NCBI GenBank assembly: GCA_963709225.1
Contig: CAVPVM010000002.1
Span: 527,168 to 591,167 of the forward strand
DNA from: an uncultured Solirubrobacterales bacterium
GTDB lineage: Bacteria; Actinomycetota; Thermoleophilia; Solirubrobacterales; Solirubrobacteraceae
DNA: 64,000 nt
Reading direction: 5' to 3'
Position numbers and translations under genes: made by a program. How positions within the stretch are numbered: position 1 is the stretch's first letter; every line of letters begins with the position of its first letter. Under the pieces are notes generated by a model, which saw only the letters and a list, made by a program, of their open reading frames with translations, did no database searches and was not told the origin of the DNA. Shown here piece after piece: positions 9,613 to 20,983 of this stretch.

Positions 9613-11022
9613 GTGATCGCGGCCGAGTCCTCACAGGCGCGCCACCGTTCGAGCAGTCTCTGGCTCGACCGCTTCGACGGCTCACTCTCACCGCGCCCGG
9701 CACTCGCCGGGGACCTCCAGTGCGACGTCGCGATCGTCGGCGCCGGGTTCACGGGCCTGTGGACCGCCTACCACCTCGCGACGCTGCAACCCGACCTGCG
9801 AGTCGTGGTGATCGAGCGCGAGATAGCCGGCCACGGCGCGTCCGGGCGAAACGGCGGCTGGGCGATCGGCGGCCTCTCCGGCACCCCCACGGCCTACGGC
9901 TGCGCGCCCGGCGACGAGCGCATCGCGCGGGCGCTGCGCGCGACCCACGAGGCGATCGATCAGATCGGCGCGATCGCCGCCCGCGAAGGCATCGACTGCG
10001 ACTTCGTCAAGGCAGGTGCGCTGACGCTCGCGACCAGCGCACCCCAGTGGCGCCGCCTGCAGGCCCGCGACGCCGACGCCGCCGCGGCGGCCGGCCACGG
10101 CGACTCCGACGGAGCGCTGCTGTCGGCCGCGGACGCCGGCGAGCTGGTCGCCGGCGTCCCCCGGCTGCACGGAGGGCGCTTCACGCCGCACGCGGCGCGG
10201 ATCGACCCCGCCCGCCTGGTGCGCGGACTCGCCGAGGCCTGCGAGCGCCGGGGCGTGACGATCCACGAGCAGACCGCCGCCAGCGCCATCGAGCGCGGCC
10301 GCGTGCGCACCACCCACGGTGTCGTCTCGGCCGAAGCGGTGATTCGTGCAACCGAGTCCTACACGACGCAGCTGCGCGGTGAACGCCTGCGTTACCTGCC
10401 GCTCTACTCGCTGATGATCGCCACCGCGCCGCTCGATCCGTCGGCGTGGGAGGAGCTGCGCTGGCGCGACGGGCTGCTCGTCGACGACCGCCACCACCTC
10501 TTCTTCTACGCCCAGCGCACCTCCGACGGACGGATCGCGATCGGCGGCCGCGGCGCCCCCTACCGGCTGGCCCGCCCGATCGACCCGGCCAACGAGCGCA
10601 ACGAGGGCGTGCGGGCGCGACTCGTTGCGACGATCGCACGAACCTTCCCGGCCGCCGCCACCGCTGAGATAACCCACCACTGGGGAGGCCCGCTCGCCGC
10701 GCCGCGCGACTGGAGCATGAGCGTGAACTTCGACCGCACAACCGGCGTCGGCTCGGCCGGCGGCTACACCGGTCACGGCGTCGCCGCCGCCCAGATCGCC
10801 GGCGCGACGCTCGCCGATCTCGTGCTCAGCCGCGACAGCGACCTCGTCACGCTGCCGTGGGTCGGGCACCGCAGCCGTCGCTGGGAGCCCGAGCCGCTGC
10901 GCTTCCTCGCCTCCCGCGCAATCGTCGGGACGCTCGGCGCGGCCGACCGCCGCGAGGACCGGACCGGGCGCCCCGACCCGCGTGTGCGGTTGCTGCGACC
11001 GTTCCTGCCGCCGGCGCACTGA
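9613..11022 (+). CDS. FAD-dependent oxidoreductase (DAO family)
   Basis: GTG 9613; dinucleotide fold DVAIVGAGFTGLWTAYHL; ASGRNGG motif. Confidence 0.8.
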   Translation: MIAAESSQARHRSSSLWLDRFDGSLSPRPALAGDLQCDVAIVGAGFTGLWTAYHLATLQPDLRVVVIEREIAGHGASGRNGGWAIGGLSGTPTAYGCAPGDERIARALRATHEAIDQIGAIAAREGIDCDFVKAGALTLATSAPQWRRLQARDADAAAAAGHGDSDGALLSAADAGELVAGVPRLHGGRFTPHAARIDPARLVRGLAEACERRGVTIHEQTAASAIERGRVRTTHGVVSAEAVIRATESYTTQLRGERLRYLPLYSLMIATAPLDPSAWEELRWRDGLLVDDRHHLFFYAQRTSDGRIAIGGRGAPYRLARPIDPANERNEGVRARLVATIARTFPAAATAEITHHWGGPLAAPRDWSMSVNFDRTTGVGSAGGYTGHGVAAAQIAGATLADLVLSRDSDLVTLPWVGHRSRRWEPEPLRFLASRAIVGTLGAADRREDRTGRPDPRVRLLRPFLPPAH

Positions 11023-11048
11023 GCGCCCCGCGCGAGCCGGAACCCCGC

Positions 11049-12302
11049 TCAGCCGACGCGAGCCGCGACCGCGCCGAGCCCGAGCGCCGCGGCCTCCGCG
11101 TGCAGCCACTCGCGGGCGTCGGGGTGGGCGGCGCACTCGATGATCAGGCGCGCCTGGGCGCGCTGGCTGCGCCCGAAGATCTGCGCCGCGCCCTGCTCGG
11201 TGATCACCGCCGAGTGCTGGAAGGAGGTGACCGGGTCGCGCAGCACCGGCACGATCGTCGAGCTGTCGCTCTTCTCGTGCCATGAGCGCAGGGCGATGAT
11301 CGCGTGCCCGCCCGGTGAGTGCAGCGCGCCGACGGTGAAGTCGGGCTGACCGCCGAAGCCTGAGTAGAGGCGGCCGTTGATGTGGCTCGCGCCGGCCTGG
11401 TCGCGCAGGTCGACGGCGAGCGCGCTGTTGACCGAGACCATCCGCCGGTGCGCGGCGATCCGCGCCGGGTCGTTGGTCGTCTCGGTGCGGGCCATCCGCA
11501 CCCGCGGGTTCTGCGCGACCCACTCGTAGAACTCGGGCGAGCCGAACAGGAACGAGCAGACGATCGGCGTCGCCGTCTCGAGCGCGCCGTGGCGATCGAG
11601 CTCCATCACGCCGTCGCTGATCATCTCCGACCAGATCGCCAGTCCGCGGCGCGGCGCGAGCGCGCGGAGCGTCGCGTCGGGGATCTGGCCGATGCCGAGC
11701 TGGAGCGTCGACTCGTCCTCGATCAGCTCGGCGACGAGCTCGGCGATCCGCTCGGCGTGCTCGTCGCGGGCGACGGCCGCGGGCGAGCCGAGCTCCTCCT
11801 CGACCTCGACCGCGAGGTCGATCAGCTCCTCGTCGAGCTCGCTGTCACCGAAGGTGTAGGGCATCCGCGGGTTCAGCTGCGCGACGACCAGGCCGCCGCG
11901 GGCGCGCACGCGCTCGACCGCCGCGACGAGCACGTTGACCTCGATCCCCAGCGACACCCTCCCCGCGCGCGGCATGGAGGTGTGCAGCAGCACGACGTCG
12001 GGCGCCCGGATCGTCGCGAACAGGCGCGGCACGAGCGACAGGCGCATCGGCAGGTAGTCGAGCCGGTCGCCCGCGGTCCGCATCCCCGGACCGACGAACG
12101 GCGTTTCGAAGATCACGCCCTCGCGCGCCGGCAGCGGCGCCGGCGCCGCGAGCATGAACAGGCGGTAGCGCTCGACCGAGCGCTCGAGAACTTCGAGCAG
12201 GCCCCGCGGCGCTGCGTGGTTGCCGCTCGCGACGACGCGCGGCTGATCGAGCGCGAGCGCTCGCAGCGCCTGCTCCAGCTGCTCGGTCGAGACCACCCTC
12301 AT
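11049..12302 (-). CDS. acetyl-CoA hydrolase/transferase family protein
   Basis: Family-typical blocks LQLGIGQIPDA, GFGGQPDF and EHSAVITEQG-like (FQHSAVITEQGAA). Confidence 0.8.
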   Translation of the reverse strand: MRVVSTEQLEQALRALALDQPRVVASGNHAAPRGLLEVLERSVERYRLFMLAAPAPLPAREGVIFETPFVGPGMRTAGDRLDYLPMRLSLVPRLFATIRAPDVVLLHTSMPRAGRVSLGIEVNVLVAAVERVRARGGLVVAQLNPRMPYTFGDSELDEELIDLAVEVEEELGSPAAVARDEHAERIAELVAELIEDESTLQLGIGQIPDATLRALAPRRGLAIWSEMISDGVMELDRHGALETATPIVCSFLFGSPEFYEWVAQNPRVRMARTETTNDPARIAAHRRMVSVNSALAVDLRDQAGASHINGRLYSGFGGQPDFTVGALHSPGGHAIIALRSWHEKSDSSTIVPVLRDPVTSFQHSAVITEQGAAQIFGRSQRAQARLIIECAAHPDAREWLHAEAAALGLGAVAARVG

Positions 12303-12454
12303 GCGACCGGCTCCAGCGGCATGGTCGAGACCAGCTGCGTCCGCTCCCGACAGCGGCGCCCGCTCGGGCGCGCGGACGTGAGCGCCGCCTGCTTCGCGGG
12401 GCTCACGCGCGCTCTACCCTGCCGGTCGTGCCGCTCAGCGCGACCCGGCATCGC

Positions 12455-13579
<1,125 letters not shown>

Positions 13580-13659
13580 TCATGCGTATCAACTACTGAC
13601 CCGCTTCCGTGCGGACTGCGGTAGCCGCGCCCGCCGCCACAGGGTTGACTGTGGATCGC

Positions 13660-14250
13660 ATGTTCCAGGTCCGAATCCACGGCCGCGGCGGCCAGGGCGT
13701 CGTCACAGCGGCCGAGATGCTGTCGGTGGCCGCGTTCAACGAGGGCCGCCACGCGCAGGCCTTCCCGAGCTTCGGCTCCGAACGCACCGGCGCGCCGGTC
13801 GTCTCGTTCTGCCGGATCGACGATCGCGAGATCCGCGTGCGCGAGCCGATCATGGAACCGGACGCGCTGATCATCCAGGACCCGACGCTGCTGCACCAGG
13901 TCGATCTCTTCGGCGGCCTTCGCCCCGACGGCTTCATCCTGATCAACAGCGCCAAGAGCTTCGACGACCTCGGGCTCGCCGAGTTCGTCGCGCCGTTTCG
14001 CCACGAGCGGCTGCTGACCGTCCCGGCCGGCGACCTCGCGCGCGAGCACACCGGGCGTCCGGTGCCCAACGCCGCGCTGCTGGGCGGCTTTGCCGCGCTC
14101 AGCGGGCTGATCTCCATGGACTCGCTGGCGGCGGCGATCCGCGAGCGCTTCGAAGGCCCCGTCGGCGAGGGCAACGTCGCGGCCGCACAGGCCGCGCACG
14201 CCTGGGTCAGGGACGAGCTGAGGGAGCTGAGCGGTGCTGCGGCAGGTTGA
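13660..14250 (+). CDS. pyruvate/2-oxoacid:ferredoxin oxidoreductase, gamma subunit
   Basis: MFQVRIHGRGGQGVVTAAEML ... FPSFGSERTGAPV, the canonical gamma-subunit start. Confidence 0.85.
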   Translation: MFQVRIHGRGGQGVVTAAEMLSVAAFNEGRHAQAFPSFGSERTGAPVVSFCRIDDREIRVREPIMEPDALIIQDPTLLHQVDLFGGLRPDGFILINSAKSFDDLGLAEFVAPFRHERLLTVPAGDLAREHTGRPVPNAALLGGFAALSGLISMDSLAAAIRERFEGPVGEGNVAAAQAAHAWVRDELRELSGAAAG

Positions 14251-15487
14251 GGGCTCGCGCGCGGTGGCCGAGGCGGTGGCGATGTGCCGCCCCGAGGTGA
14301 TCTGCGCCTACCCGATATCGCCCCAGACGCACATCGTCGAGAACCTCTCGCAGATCGTCAAGGCCGGCGAGCTCGCGCCGTGCGAGTTCGTCAACGTCGA
14401 GTCGGAGTTCGCCGCGATGTCGGTCGCGATCGGCGCTTCGGCGACCGGCGCGCGCGCCTACACGGCGACCGCGAGCCAGGGCCTCCTGTACATGGTGGAG
14501 GCGCTCTTCAACGCCTCCGGCCTCGGCCTGCCGATCGTGATGACGGTGGCCAACCGCGCGATCGGCGCGCCGATCAACATCTGGAACGACCACTCCGACT
14601 CGATGTCACAACGCGACTGCGGCTGGATCCAGCTCTACGCGGAGACCAACCAGGAGGCGCTCGACCTGCACATCCAGGCCTTCCGCCTGGCCGAGGAGCT
14701 CTCGACGCCGGTGATGGTCTGCATGGACGGCTTCATCCTGACCCACGCCGTCGAGCGCATCGACATCCCCGACCAGGCGACCGTCGACGCCTACCTGCCG
14801 CCGTTTGTGCCGCGCCAGGTGCTCGACCCCGACGAGCCGATCTCGATCGGCGCGATGGTCGGGCCCGAGGCGTTCATGGAGGTCAAGTACCTCGCCCACG
14901 CCAAGCAGATGCAGGCGCTCGAGCTGATCCCCGAGATCGCCGCCGACTTCGCCGCGGCCTTCGGGCGCGAGTCGGGCGGCCTGATCCACAGCTACCGAAG
15001 CGAGGACGCCGAGACGATCGTCGTCGCGCTCGGCTCCGTGCTCGGCACGATCCAGGACACGATCGACGAGCTGCGCGAGGAGGGCATGAGCATCGGCGCC
15101 GTCGGGATCACGTCGTTTCGCCCGTTCCCGCTCGACGCGCTGCGCGCCGCGCTCGGCCACGCGGAGCGCGTGGTCGTGCTCGAGAAGGCGCTCGCCGTCG
15201 GCATCGGCGGGATCGTCACCGCGAACGTGCGGATGGCGCTCACCGGGATCACGCTGCACGGCTACACCGTGATCGCGGGGCTCGGCGGGCGACCGATCAC
15301 CAAGGCGTCGCTCCGCGAGCTTTTCCTCGAGGCCGCCGACGATGCGCTCGAACCGCTCACGTTCCTCGACATGGACTGGGAGATCGTCAACCGCGAGCTG
15401 GCCCGCATGGCCTCCTCGCGCCGCTCGGGGCCCAGCGCCGAGAACATGCTGCGCGACAGCGGCCCGGTCGCCGCGGGACCGGTGTGA
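14234..15487 (+). CDS. pyruvate/2-oxoacid:ferredoxin oxidoreductase, alpha subunit
   Basis: GSRAVAEAVAMCRPEVICAYPISPQT ... ESEFAAMSVAIGASATGARAYTATASQGL. Confidence 0.9.
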   Translation: MLRQVEGSRAVAEAVAMCRPEVICAYPISPQTHIVENLSQIVKAGELAPCEFVNVESEFAAMSVAIGASATGARAYTATASQGLLYMVEALFNASGLGLPIVMTVANRAIGAPINIWNDHSDSMSQRDCGWIQLYAETNQEALDLHIQAFRLAEELSTPVMVCMDGFILTHAVERIDIPDQATVDAYLPPFVPRQVLDPDEPISIGAMVGPEAFMEVKYLAHAKQMQALELIPEIAADFAAAFGRESGGLIHSYRSEDAETIVVALGSVLGTIQDTIDELREEGMSIGAVGITSFRPFPLDALRAALGHAERVVVLEKALAVGIGGIVTANVRMALTGITLHGYTVIAGLGGRPITKASLRELFLEAADDALEPLTFLDMDWEIVNRELARMASSRRSGPSAENMLRDSGPVAAGPV

Positions 15488-15489
15488 CG

Positions 15490-16512
15490 ATGGCCGCGCC
15501 GACGACCGTCCGCTTCTACCAGACCGGCAGCTTCGCGGTCGGCAACCGGCTGCTCGATCCCGAGCAGCGCTCGGTCCAGGCCGGCGAGGCGCGGACCAAC
15601 TCGATCACCTGCGGCCATCGCGCCTGCCAGGGCTGCGGCGAGGCGCTCGGCGCCCGCTACGCGCTGGACGCCGCGATGCGCGCGACCGGCGGCCAGATGA
15701 TCGCCGCCAACGCGACGGGCTGCCTGGAGGTCTTCTCGACCCCCTACCCCGAGACCTCGTGGCGGATCGCCTGGATCCACTCGCTGTTCGGCAACGCCCC
15801 GGCGGTCTCCACCGGGATCGCCGCCGCGCTGCGGGCCAAGGGTCGCAACGAGGTCCGAGTCGTCGGCCAGGGCGGCGACGGCGGCACCGTCGACATCGGT
15901 TTCGCCTGCCTCTCGGGGATGTTCGAGCGCAACGACGACGTGCTCTACATCTGCTACGACAACGAGGCCTACATGAACACCGGCGTGCAGCGCTCCGGCG
16001 CGACGCCGCCCGCGGCGCGGACCGCGACGACGCAGGCCGTCGGACCGGAGCCCGGCAACGTCTTCGGCCAGGGCAAGAGCGCGCCGCTGATCGCGATGGC
16101 GCACGAGATCCCCTACGTCGCGACCGCCACGGTCGCCGAGCTGCGCGACCTCGAGGCGAAGGTGACGACGGCGATGGAGATCCGCGGCGCCCGCTATCTG
16201 CACGTCTTCGTCCCCTGCCCGCTCGGCTGGGGATCGGACTCCGGCGACACGATCAAGATCGCGCGGCTGGCCAAGGAGACCGGCATCTTCCCGGTGTTCG
16301 AGGCCCGCGACGGCGAGGTCACCGGCGTCTCCAAGATCCGCCGCCAGCGCCCGGTCGAGGACTACCTGTGCCTGCAGAAGCGCTTCGCGCACCTGTTCAA
16401 GCCGCAGCCGCGCCCCGACGTGATCGCCCGCATCCAGGCCGGCGCCGACCGCAACATCCGCCGCTTCGGCCTGCTGGACAACGACGAGTCGATCAACGGG
16501 GCGCCGGCGTGA
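15490..16512 (+). CDS. pyruvate/2-oxoacid:ferredoxin oxidoreductase, beta (TPP-binding) subunit
   Basis: CQGCGEAL, TPP motif GDGGTVDIGFACLSGMFERNDDVLYICYDNEAYMNTG. Confidence 0.9.
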   Translation: MAAPTTVRFYQTGSFAVGNRLLDPEQRSVQAGEARTNSITCGHRACQGCGEALGARYALDAAMRATGGQMIAANATGCLEVFSTPYPETSWRIAWIHSLFGNAPAVSTGIAAALRAKGRNEVRVVGQGGDGGTVDIGFACLSGMFERNDDVLYICYDNEAYMNTGVQRSGATPPAARTATTQAVGPEPGNVFGQGKSAPLIAMAHEIPYVATATVAELRDLEAKVTTAMEIRGARYLHVFVPCPLGWGSDSGDTIKIARLAKETGIFPVFEARDGEVTGVSKIRRQRPVEDYLCLQKRFAHLFKPQPRPDVIARIQAGADRNIRRFGLLDNDESINGAPA

Positions 16513-18167
16513 CCCAGACCGACCCGCAGCTGATCCAGATCGACTCCAAGCCGTTCGCGATAACCCTCGAGCCCGGCTCGAGCCTCGCCAACAAGACCGG
16601 CTCCTGGCGCGACAAGCGCCCCGTCTACGTACACCGGCTGCCGCCCTGCAACCACGGCTGCCCGGCCGGCGAGAACATCCAGCAGTGGCTCTACCACGCC
16701 GAGTCCGGCGACTACGAGGCGGCGTGGCGCGAGTTGGTCAAGGACAACCCGCTCCCGGCCACGATGGGGCGCGTCTGCTACCACCCCTGCGAGACCGCCT
16801 GCAACCGCGCGCAGGTGGACGAGGCCGTCGGCATCCACGGCGTCGAGCGCTTCCTCGGCGACGAGGCGATCCGCCAGGGCTGGGCGCTCGAGAACGAGCA
16901 CGCCCCGACCGGCAAGCGCGTGCTGGTCGTCGGCGCCGGCCCCTCCGGCCTCTCCGCCGCCTACCAGCTGGCGCGCCGCGGCCACGAGGTGACGATCCGC
17001 GAGGCCGGCCCGATGGCGGGCGGCATGATGCGCTTCGGCATCCCGCGCTACCGCCTGCCGCGCGACATCCTCGACGCCGAGATCAAGCGGATCCTCGACC
17101 TCGGCGTGAAGCTCGAGTGCGACGCCAAGGTCACCGACATCCTCGTGACGATGGCGGAGGGCGGCTTCGACGCCGCATTCCTCGCGGTTGGCGCCCACAT
17201 CGGCAAGCGCGCCTACATCCCAGCCGGCGAGGCGGCCCACATCCTTGACGCCGTGTCGCTGCTGCGCGACATGGAGGGCGAGGCGCCGCCGCTGCTCGGA
17301 CGCCGCGTCGTGATCTACGGCGGCGGCAACACGGCGATGGACGCCGCCCGTACAGCCAAGCGCCTGGGCGCGAGCGAGGCGATCGTCGTCTACCGGCGAA
17401 ACCGCGACAAGATGCCGGCCCACGACTTCGAGGTGCAGGAGGCGATCGAAGAGGGCGTGATGATGAAGTGGCTCTCGACGATCAAGCACGTCGAGGGCGG
17501 CAGGATGCTGCTCGAGAAGATGGAGCTCGACGAGACCGGCTTCCCCCAGCCGACCGGCGAGACCGAGGAGCTCGAGGCCGACTCGCTGGTGCTGGCGCTC
17601 GGCCAGGACGCCGACCTGTCGCTGCTCGACAACGTGCCTGGCCTGCAGATCGAGGACGGCGTGGTCGTCGTCGACGAGCGGATGATGACCGGCCACGAGG
17701 GGATCTTCGCCGGCGGCGACATGGTGCCCGCCGAGCGCACCGTCACGGTCGGGATCGGCCACGGCAAGCAGGCGGCGCGCAACATCGACACCTGGCTGCG
17801 CGGCGAGCGCTTCGTCCACGCGCCGGTGCCCGAGCTCGCGGACTTCGACCGGCTGAACACCTGGTACTACTCGGACGCCCCGAGGACGGTCGCGCCGCAG
17901 CTCGACCTGATCCGCCGCCAGGGCAGCTTCGACGAGGTCACGCTCGCTCTCGACGAGACCAACGCGCTGTTCGAGGCGCGCCGCTGCCTGAGCTGCGGCA
18001 ACTGCTTCGGCTGCGACAACTGCTACGGCGTCTGCCCCGACAACGCCGTCCTGAAGGTCGACGATGCGGACGGCTACGCATTCGACCTCGACTACTGCAA
18101 GGGCTGCGGCATCTGCGTCGCCGAGTGCCCGTGCGGCGCGATCGAGATGGTCCCGGAGGAGTCCTGA
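16509..18167 (+). CDS. fusion protein: PorD-like N-terminus + GltD-like NAD(P)H flavoprotein + C-terminal 2x[4Fe-4S] ferredoxin domain
   Basis: GTGA overlap with the beta subunit. EPGSSLANKTGSWRDKRPVY is delta-subunit-like. The GltD-like module carries CNHGCPAGENIQQW, VLVVGAGPSGLSAAYQLARRGH and VVIYGGGNTAMDAART. The protein ends with CLSCGNCFGCDNCYGVCP and CKGCGICVAECP. Confidence 0.85.
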   Translation: MTQTDPQLIQIDSKPFAITLEPGSSLANKTGSWRDKRPVYVHRLPPCNHGCPAGENIQQWLYHAESGDYEAAWRELVKDNPLPATMGRVCYHPCETACNRAQVDEAVGIHGVERFLGDEAIRQGWALENEHAPTGKRVLVVGAGPSGLSAAYQLARRGHEVTIREAGPMAGGMMRFGIPRYRLPRDILDAEIKRILDLGVKLECDAKVTDILVTMAEGGFDAAFLAVGAHIGKRAYIPAGEAAHILDAVSLLRDMEGEAPPLLGRRVVIYGGGNTAMDAARTAKRLGASEAIVVYRRNRDKMPAHDFEVQEAIEEGVMMKWLSTIKHVEGGRMLLEKMELDETGFPQPTGETEELEADSLVLALGQDADLSLLDNVPGLQIEDGVVVVDERMMTGHEGIFAGGDMVPAERTVTVGIGHGKQAARNIDTWLRGERFVHAPVPELADFDRLNTWYYSDAPRTVAPQLDLIRRQGSFDEVTLALDETNALFEARRCLSCGNCFGCDNCYGVCPDNAVLKVDDADGYAFDLDYCKGCGICVAECPCGAIEMVPEES

Positions 18168-18181
18168 GCTTTCCGTTGTTC

Positions 18182-18252
18182 GGATCGGCGCATGCGCCGA
18201 TCCGCGGGACGGCGCATGCGCCGTCCCGCCGGGTGGTGCATGCACCACCCGG
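18182..18252. repeat. second cluster of three tandem GCATGC-core palindromes (REP-like)
   Basis: ggatcggcGCATGCgccgatcc (18182-18203), gggacggcGCATGCgccgtccc (18206-18227), ccgggtggtGCATGCaccacccgg (18229-18252). The cluster sits between convergent stops at 18167 and 18274. Confidence 0.75.
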
Positions 18253-18273
18253 AAAACCTCCTGAATCTCGCCT

Positions 18274-19083
18274 TCAGTGCGCTGGCGGCAGCGCCAGCAC
18301 CGAGCAGGAGTCGTGCGTGACCCGGCGGCTGACGCTGTTGAAGGCGTGAAGACCGCCGAGGCGGCGACTCCCAATCACCAAAATCGTCGCCTTGGTGCTC
18401 CTGACCGCCGAGAGGATCACGGGCGCGGGGTGCCCCGGCACGATCAACGAGTCGCTCGAGTGCAGCTGCGAGAGCGACTTGACCTGCGCCTGGATGCGGT
18501 GGGGGTGCATCCGCGACTCGGGGCCGAGGGCGTGCACGAGGGTGATCGGCGCGTCCTGGTCGAGCGCCAGGGAGGCGGCCATCGAGACGATCTCGTCCGA
18601 CCCCTCGAGGCCGTCGCTCGCCACCATCAGCCGCCGGCCCTGGAGCGGCGGTTTGAACGATGCGCGCACGAACAGCGTCGGTGTCGTGAAGTGCCGCAGC
18701 GTGACCGACGAGACGCCGCCGACCAGCATGTCGCCGAACCATGAGGTCGCCGGCCCGCCGAGCGCCAGCAGGTCGAATCCGGCCGCGCGTTCGAGGATCA
18801 CCTTGACCGGCGGGTGGCCCGGGTCGATCAGCGTGGCCGCCGGCACGCCGGCGTCATCGGCGATCCGCCGGGCGCGGTCCAGCACGCGCGAGACGCGGGC
18901 GGGGCCGATCGCCGCCGTCGCATGGACCCCCGAGCCCGCGGCGGCCGTGACCGCCAGCAGCGTGAGCGAGCCCTCCGGCCCGGCGAGGCAGGCGGCCATC
19001 CGCACCGCCGCCGTGCTCGCACGCGTCCCGTCGACGGCGCAGAGGATGTTTGCGAACAGGGGGGCGCGAGCGGGTCCCGGCAT
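18274..19083 (-). CDS. universal stress protein, tandem Usp domains
   Basis: From MPGPARAPLFANILCAVDGT. There are two Usp repeats, and the C-terminal motif is VIGSRRLGGLHAFNSVSRRVTHDSCSVLAL. Confidence 0.8.
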   Translation of the reverse strand: MPGPARAPLFANILCAVDGTRASTAAVRMAACLAGPEGSLTLLAVTAAAGSGVHATAAIGPARVSRVLDRARRIADDAGVPAATLIDPGHPPVKVILERAAGFDLLALGGPATSWFGDMLVGGVSSVTLRHFTTPTLFVRASFKPPLQGRRLMVASDGLEGSDEIVSMAASLALDQDAPITLVHALGPESRMHPHRIQAQVKSLSQLHSSDSLIVPGHPAPVILSAVRSTKATILVIGSRRLGGLHAFNSVSRRVTHDSCSVLALPPAH

Positions 19084-19393
19084 CGAAGCTACATTACAAG
19101 CGAACCGCGGGGCGGCACATCCCGCGCGAGGTCGGCTGTGCGCGCGCCAGCTACGCGGCCGCACGGGTGCAAACTACGCATGGCGGCGGCGGGTGCCCAC
19201 GGATGCGGCGCTCCGTGCGGGTCTGCAACATGCTCAGGCGATACGCGCCGCGCTCCTGGCAATGCGCGCGTCGGGGCTAACTCTCTCGCGGGCGGCGCGC
19301 GCCCCCGCCCTGTAACCGCGCGCCGCTCAGCCCTCCGCGAGCGGCGTGTCCGCGCAGGGCCCGCGCTTCGCGAGCGTTTTGACCGCGGGCCGC

Positions 19394-20983
19394 TCAGCCC
19401 TCCGCGAGATCGCGGCGCCGGAAGCCGGCGAGCGCGGCCAGCGCGGCGGCCACGCCGATCGCGAGCATGACCAGCGCGGCGCCGAGCCGAAACGGCTCCG
19501 CCGGTACGAGCCCGACGTGCGCGAACGGGGTCAGCCCGACCAGCCAGCCGGGGGCGCCGAGCAGCGAGCCGACCAGCTGCCAGAGAAACGCCACGCTGAC
19601 CAGGCCGTAGGCGATCGCGGCGCTCGCCCGCGGCGCGAGGGCGTAGGCCAGCGCCGCGATGCCGAGGAACAGGAGCGCCGTCGGCAGGCAGTTGGCGCCC
19701 GCCTCGAGCATCCGCGGGAGCGAGACGTGCACGCCCGCCGAGGTGGCCCCCAGCCAGGCCAGCAGCCCCGCCGTTAGCGAGATCGCCACCGCGGCCCCGG
19801 TGGCGAGCGCGAGCCTCACGCCGAGCCAGCCGGCGCGGGCGACCGGTAGGACGAGCAGCGTCTCGAGCCGCTGGTCGGCCTCCTCGTGCCTCGCGGCGGA
19901 GACCTGCGCGCAGGCGAACAGGCTGACCGCGAGCACGAAGAAGATGAAGACGAACGACAGGTAGCCGGCCGGCGTCGTGATCTGACCGGCGCCGAGCTTC
20001 GCGATCTCGCGCTCGATGCTCTTGGAGATGCCGGCCGAGGAGATGCTGTCGGAGAGCACCCCCAGGATCACCGCGAACACGCCGGCCCCGAGCAGCCACG
20101 CCGCCAGGCCGCCGATCTCCCCCCGGAGCGCCTGTACGCCCGGAGAGGACAGCAGCGCCAGGCGCGGGCGGGCGCTGTCGCGGGCCGGCAGCAGGCCGGT
20201 GCCGATGTCGCGCCGGGCCGCGATCCGCGCCGCGGCGCCGAGCAGAAGCAAGCTCGCGACGAGCGGCAGCAGGAGCACGAGCGGCCGCGCGCCGGCGAAG
20301 GGGCGCAGCTCCTCGGCCCAGCCGAGCGGCGTGGCCCAGCGCAGCCAGCCGAGGCCGCCCACTGTGTCGGCGATGACACGCAGCAGGAACAGCAGCCCCA
20401 CCACCGCGCCGCCCAGCTCGAGCGCGCCGCGGCGGCTCGGGGCCAGCTGGCTCGCGAGCGCACCGACACCCGTGCAGACGGGGACGACCGAGACCGTGGC
20501 GAGCGCCAGGTAGGCCGAGCCGCCGGCCGGCAGGCCGCCCGCAACGAAGCCCGCGAACTCGGCCAGCCAGAGGATCGCGGCGCCCGCCGCGATCGCAACC
20601 AGCGGCGCGAGGAAGGCCGTGCGGCGCGAGAGGGTCCCGGCGGCGATCAGCTCCGTGCGGCCAGCCTCCTCCTCTGCGCGCAGTGCGCGGACGGCCGCCA
20701 GCAGGCCGAACGCGGCGGTGGCGATCGCCAGCGTGCCGCCGACCCGCCAGGCGCTGTAGCCGCTGACGCTCAGCAGGTCGTGCGGCTCACCGTAGAACAG
20801 GCGCAACGCCCTGTCATCGCCGAAGCTGCGGGCGAAAGCCAGGCGTCCCGACCGCGACGGGTAGGCGTGGCGGTAGCCGACCGGCTGGATGTAGGCGTAG
20901 GCGGCGAAGACGCAGGCGAAGGAGATCGTGCGCACGCGCGCGTCGCGGAAGGCGCGACACGCGAGTGCGCTAGCCGCCGCCAT
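19394..20983 (-). CDS. large ABC exporter permease (12-TM, polyketide-exporter-like COG3559 type)
   Basis: 529-aa hydrophobic protein that overlaps the upstream ATPase gene by 14 nt. Confidence 0.75.
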   Translation of the reverse strand: MAAASALACRAFRDARVRTISFACVFAAYAYIQPVGYRHAYPSRSGRLAFARSFGDDRALRLFYGEPHDLLSVSGYSAWRVGGTLAIATAAFGLLAAVRALRAEEEAGRTELIAAGTLSRRTAFLAPLVAIAAGAAILWLAEFAGFVAGGLPAGGSAYLALATVSVVPVCTGVGALASQLAPSRRGALELGGAVVGLLFLLRVIADTVGGLGWLRWATPLGWAEELRPFAGARPLVLLLPLVASLLLLGAAARIAARRDIGTGLLPARDSARPRLALLSSPGVQALRGEIGGLAAWLLGAGVFAVILGVLSDSISSAGISKSIEREIAKLGAGQITTPAGYLSFVFIFFVLAVSLFACAQVSAARHEEADQRLETLLVLPVARAGWLGVRLALATGAAVAISLTAGLLAWLGATSAGVHVSLPRMLEAGANCLPTALLFLGIAALAYALAPRASAAIAYGLVSVAFLWQLVGSLLGAPGWLVGLTPFAHVGLVPAEPFRLGAALVMLAIGVAAALAALAGFRRRDLAEG

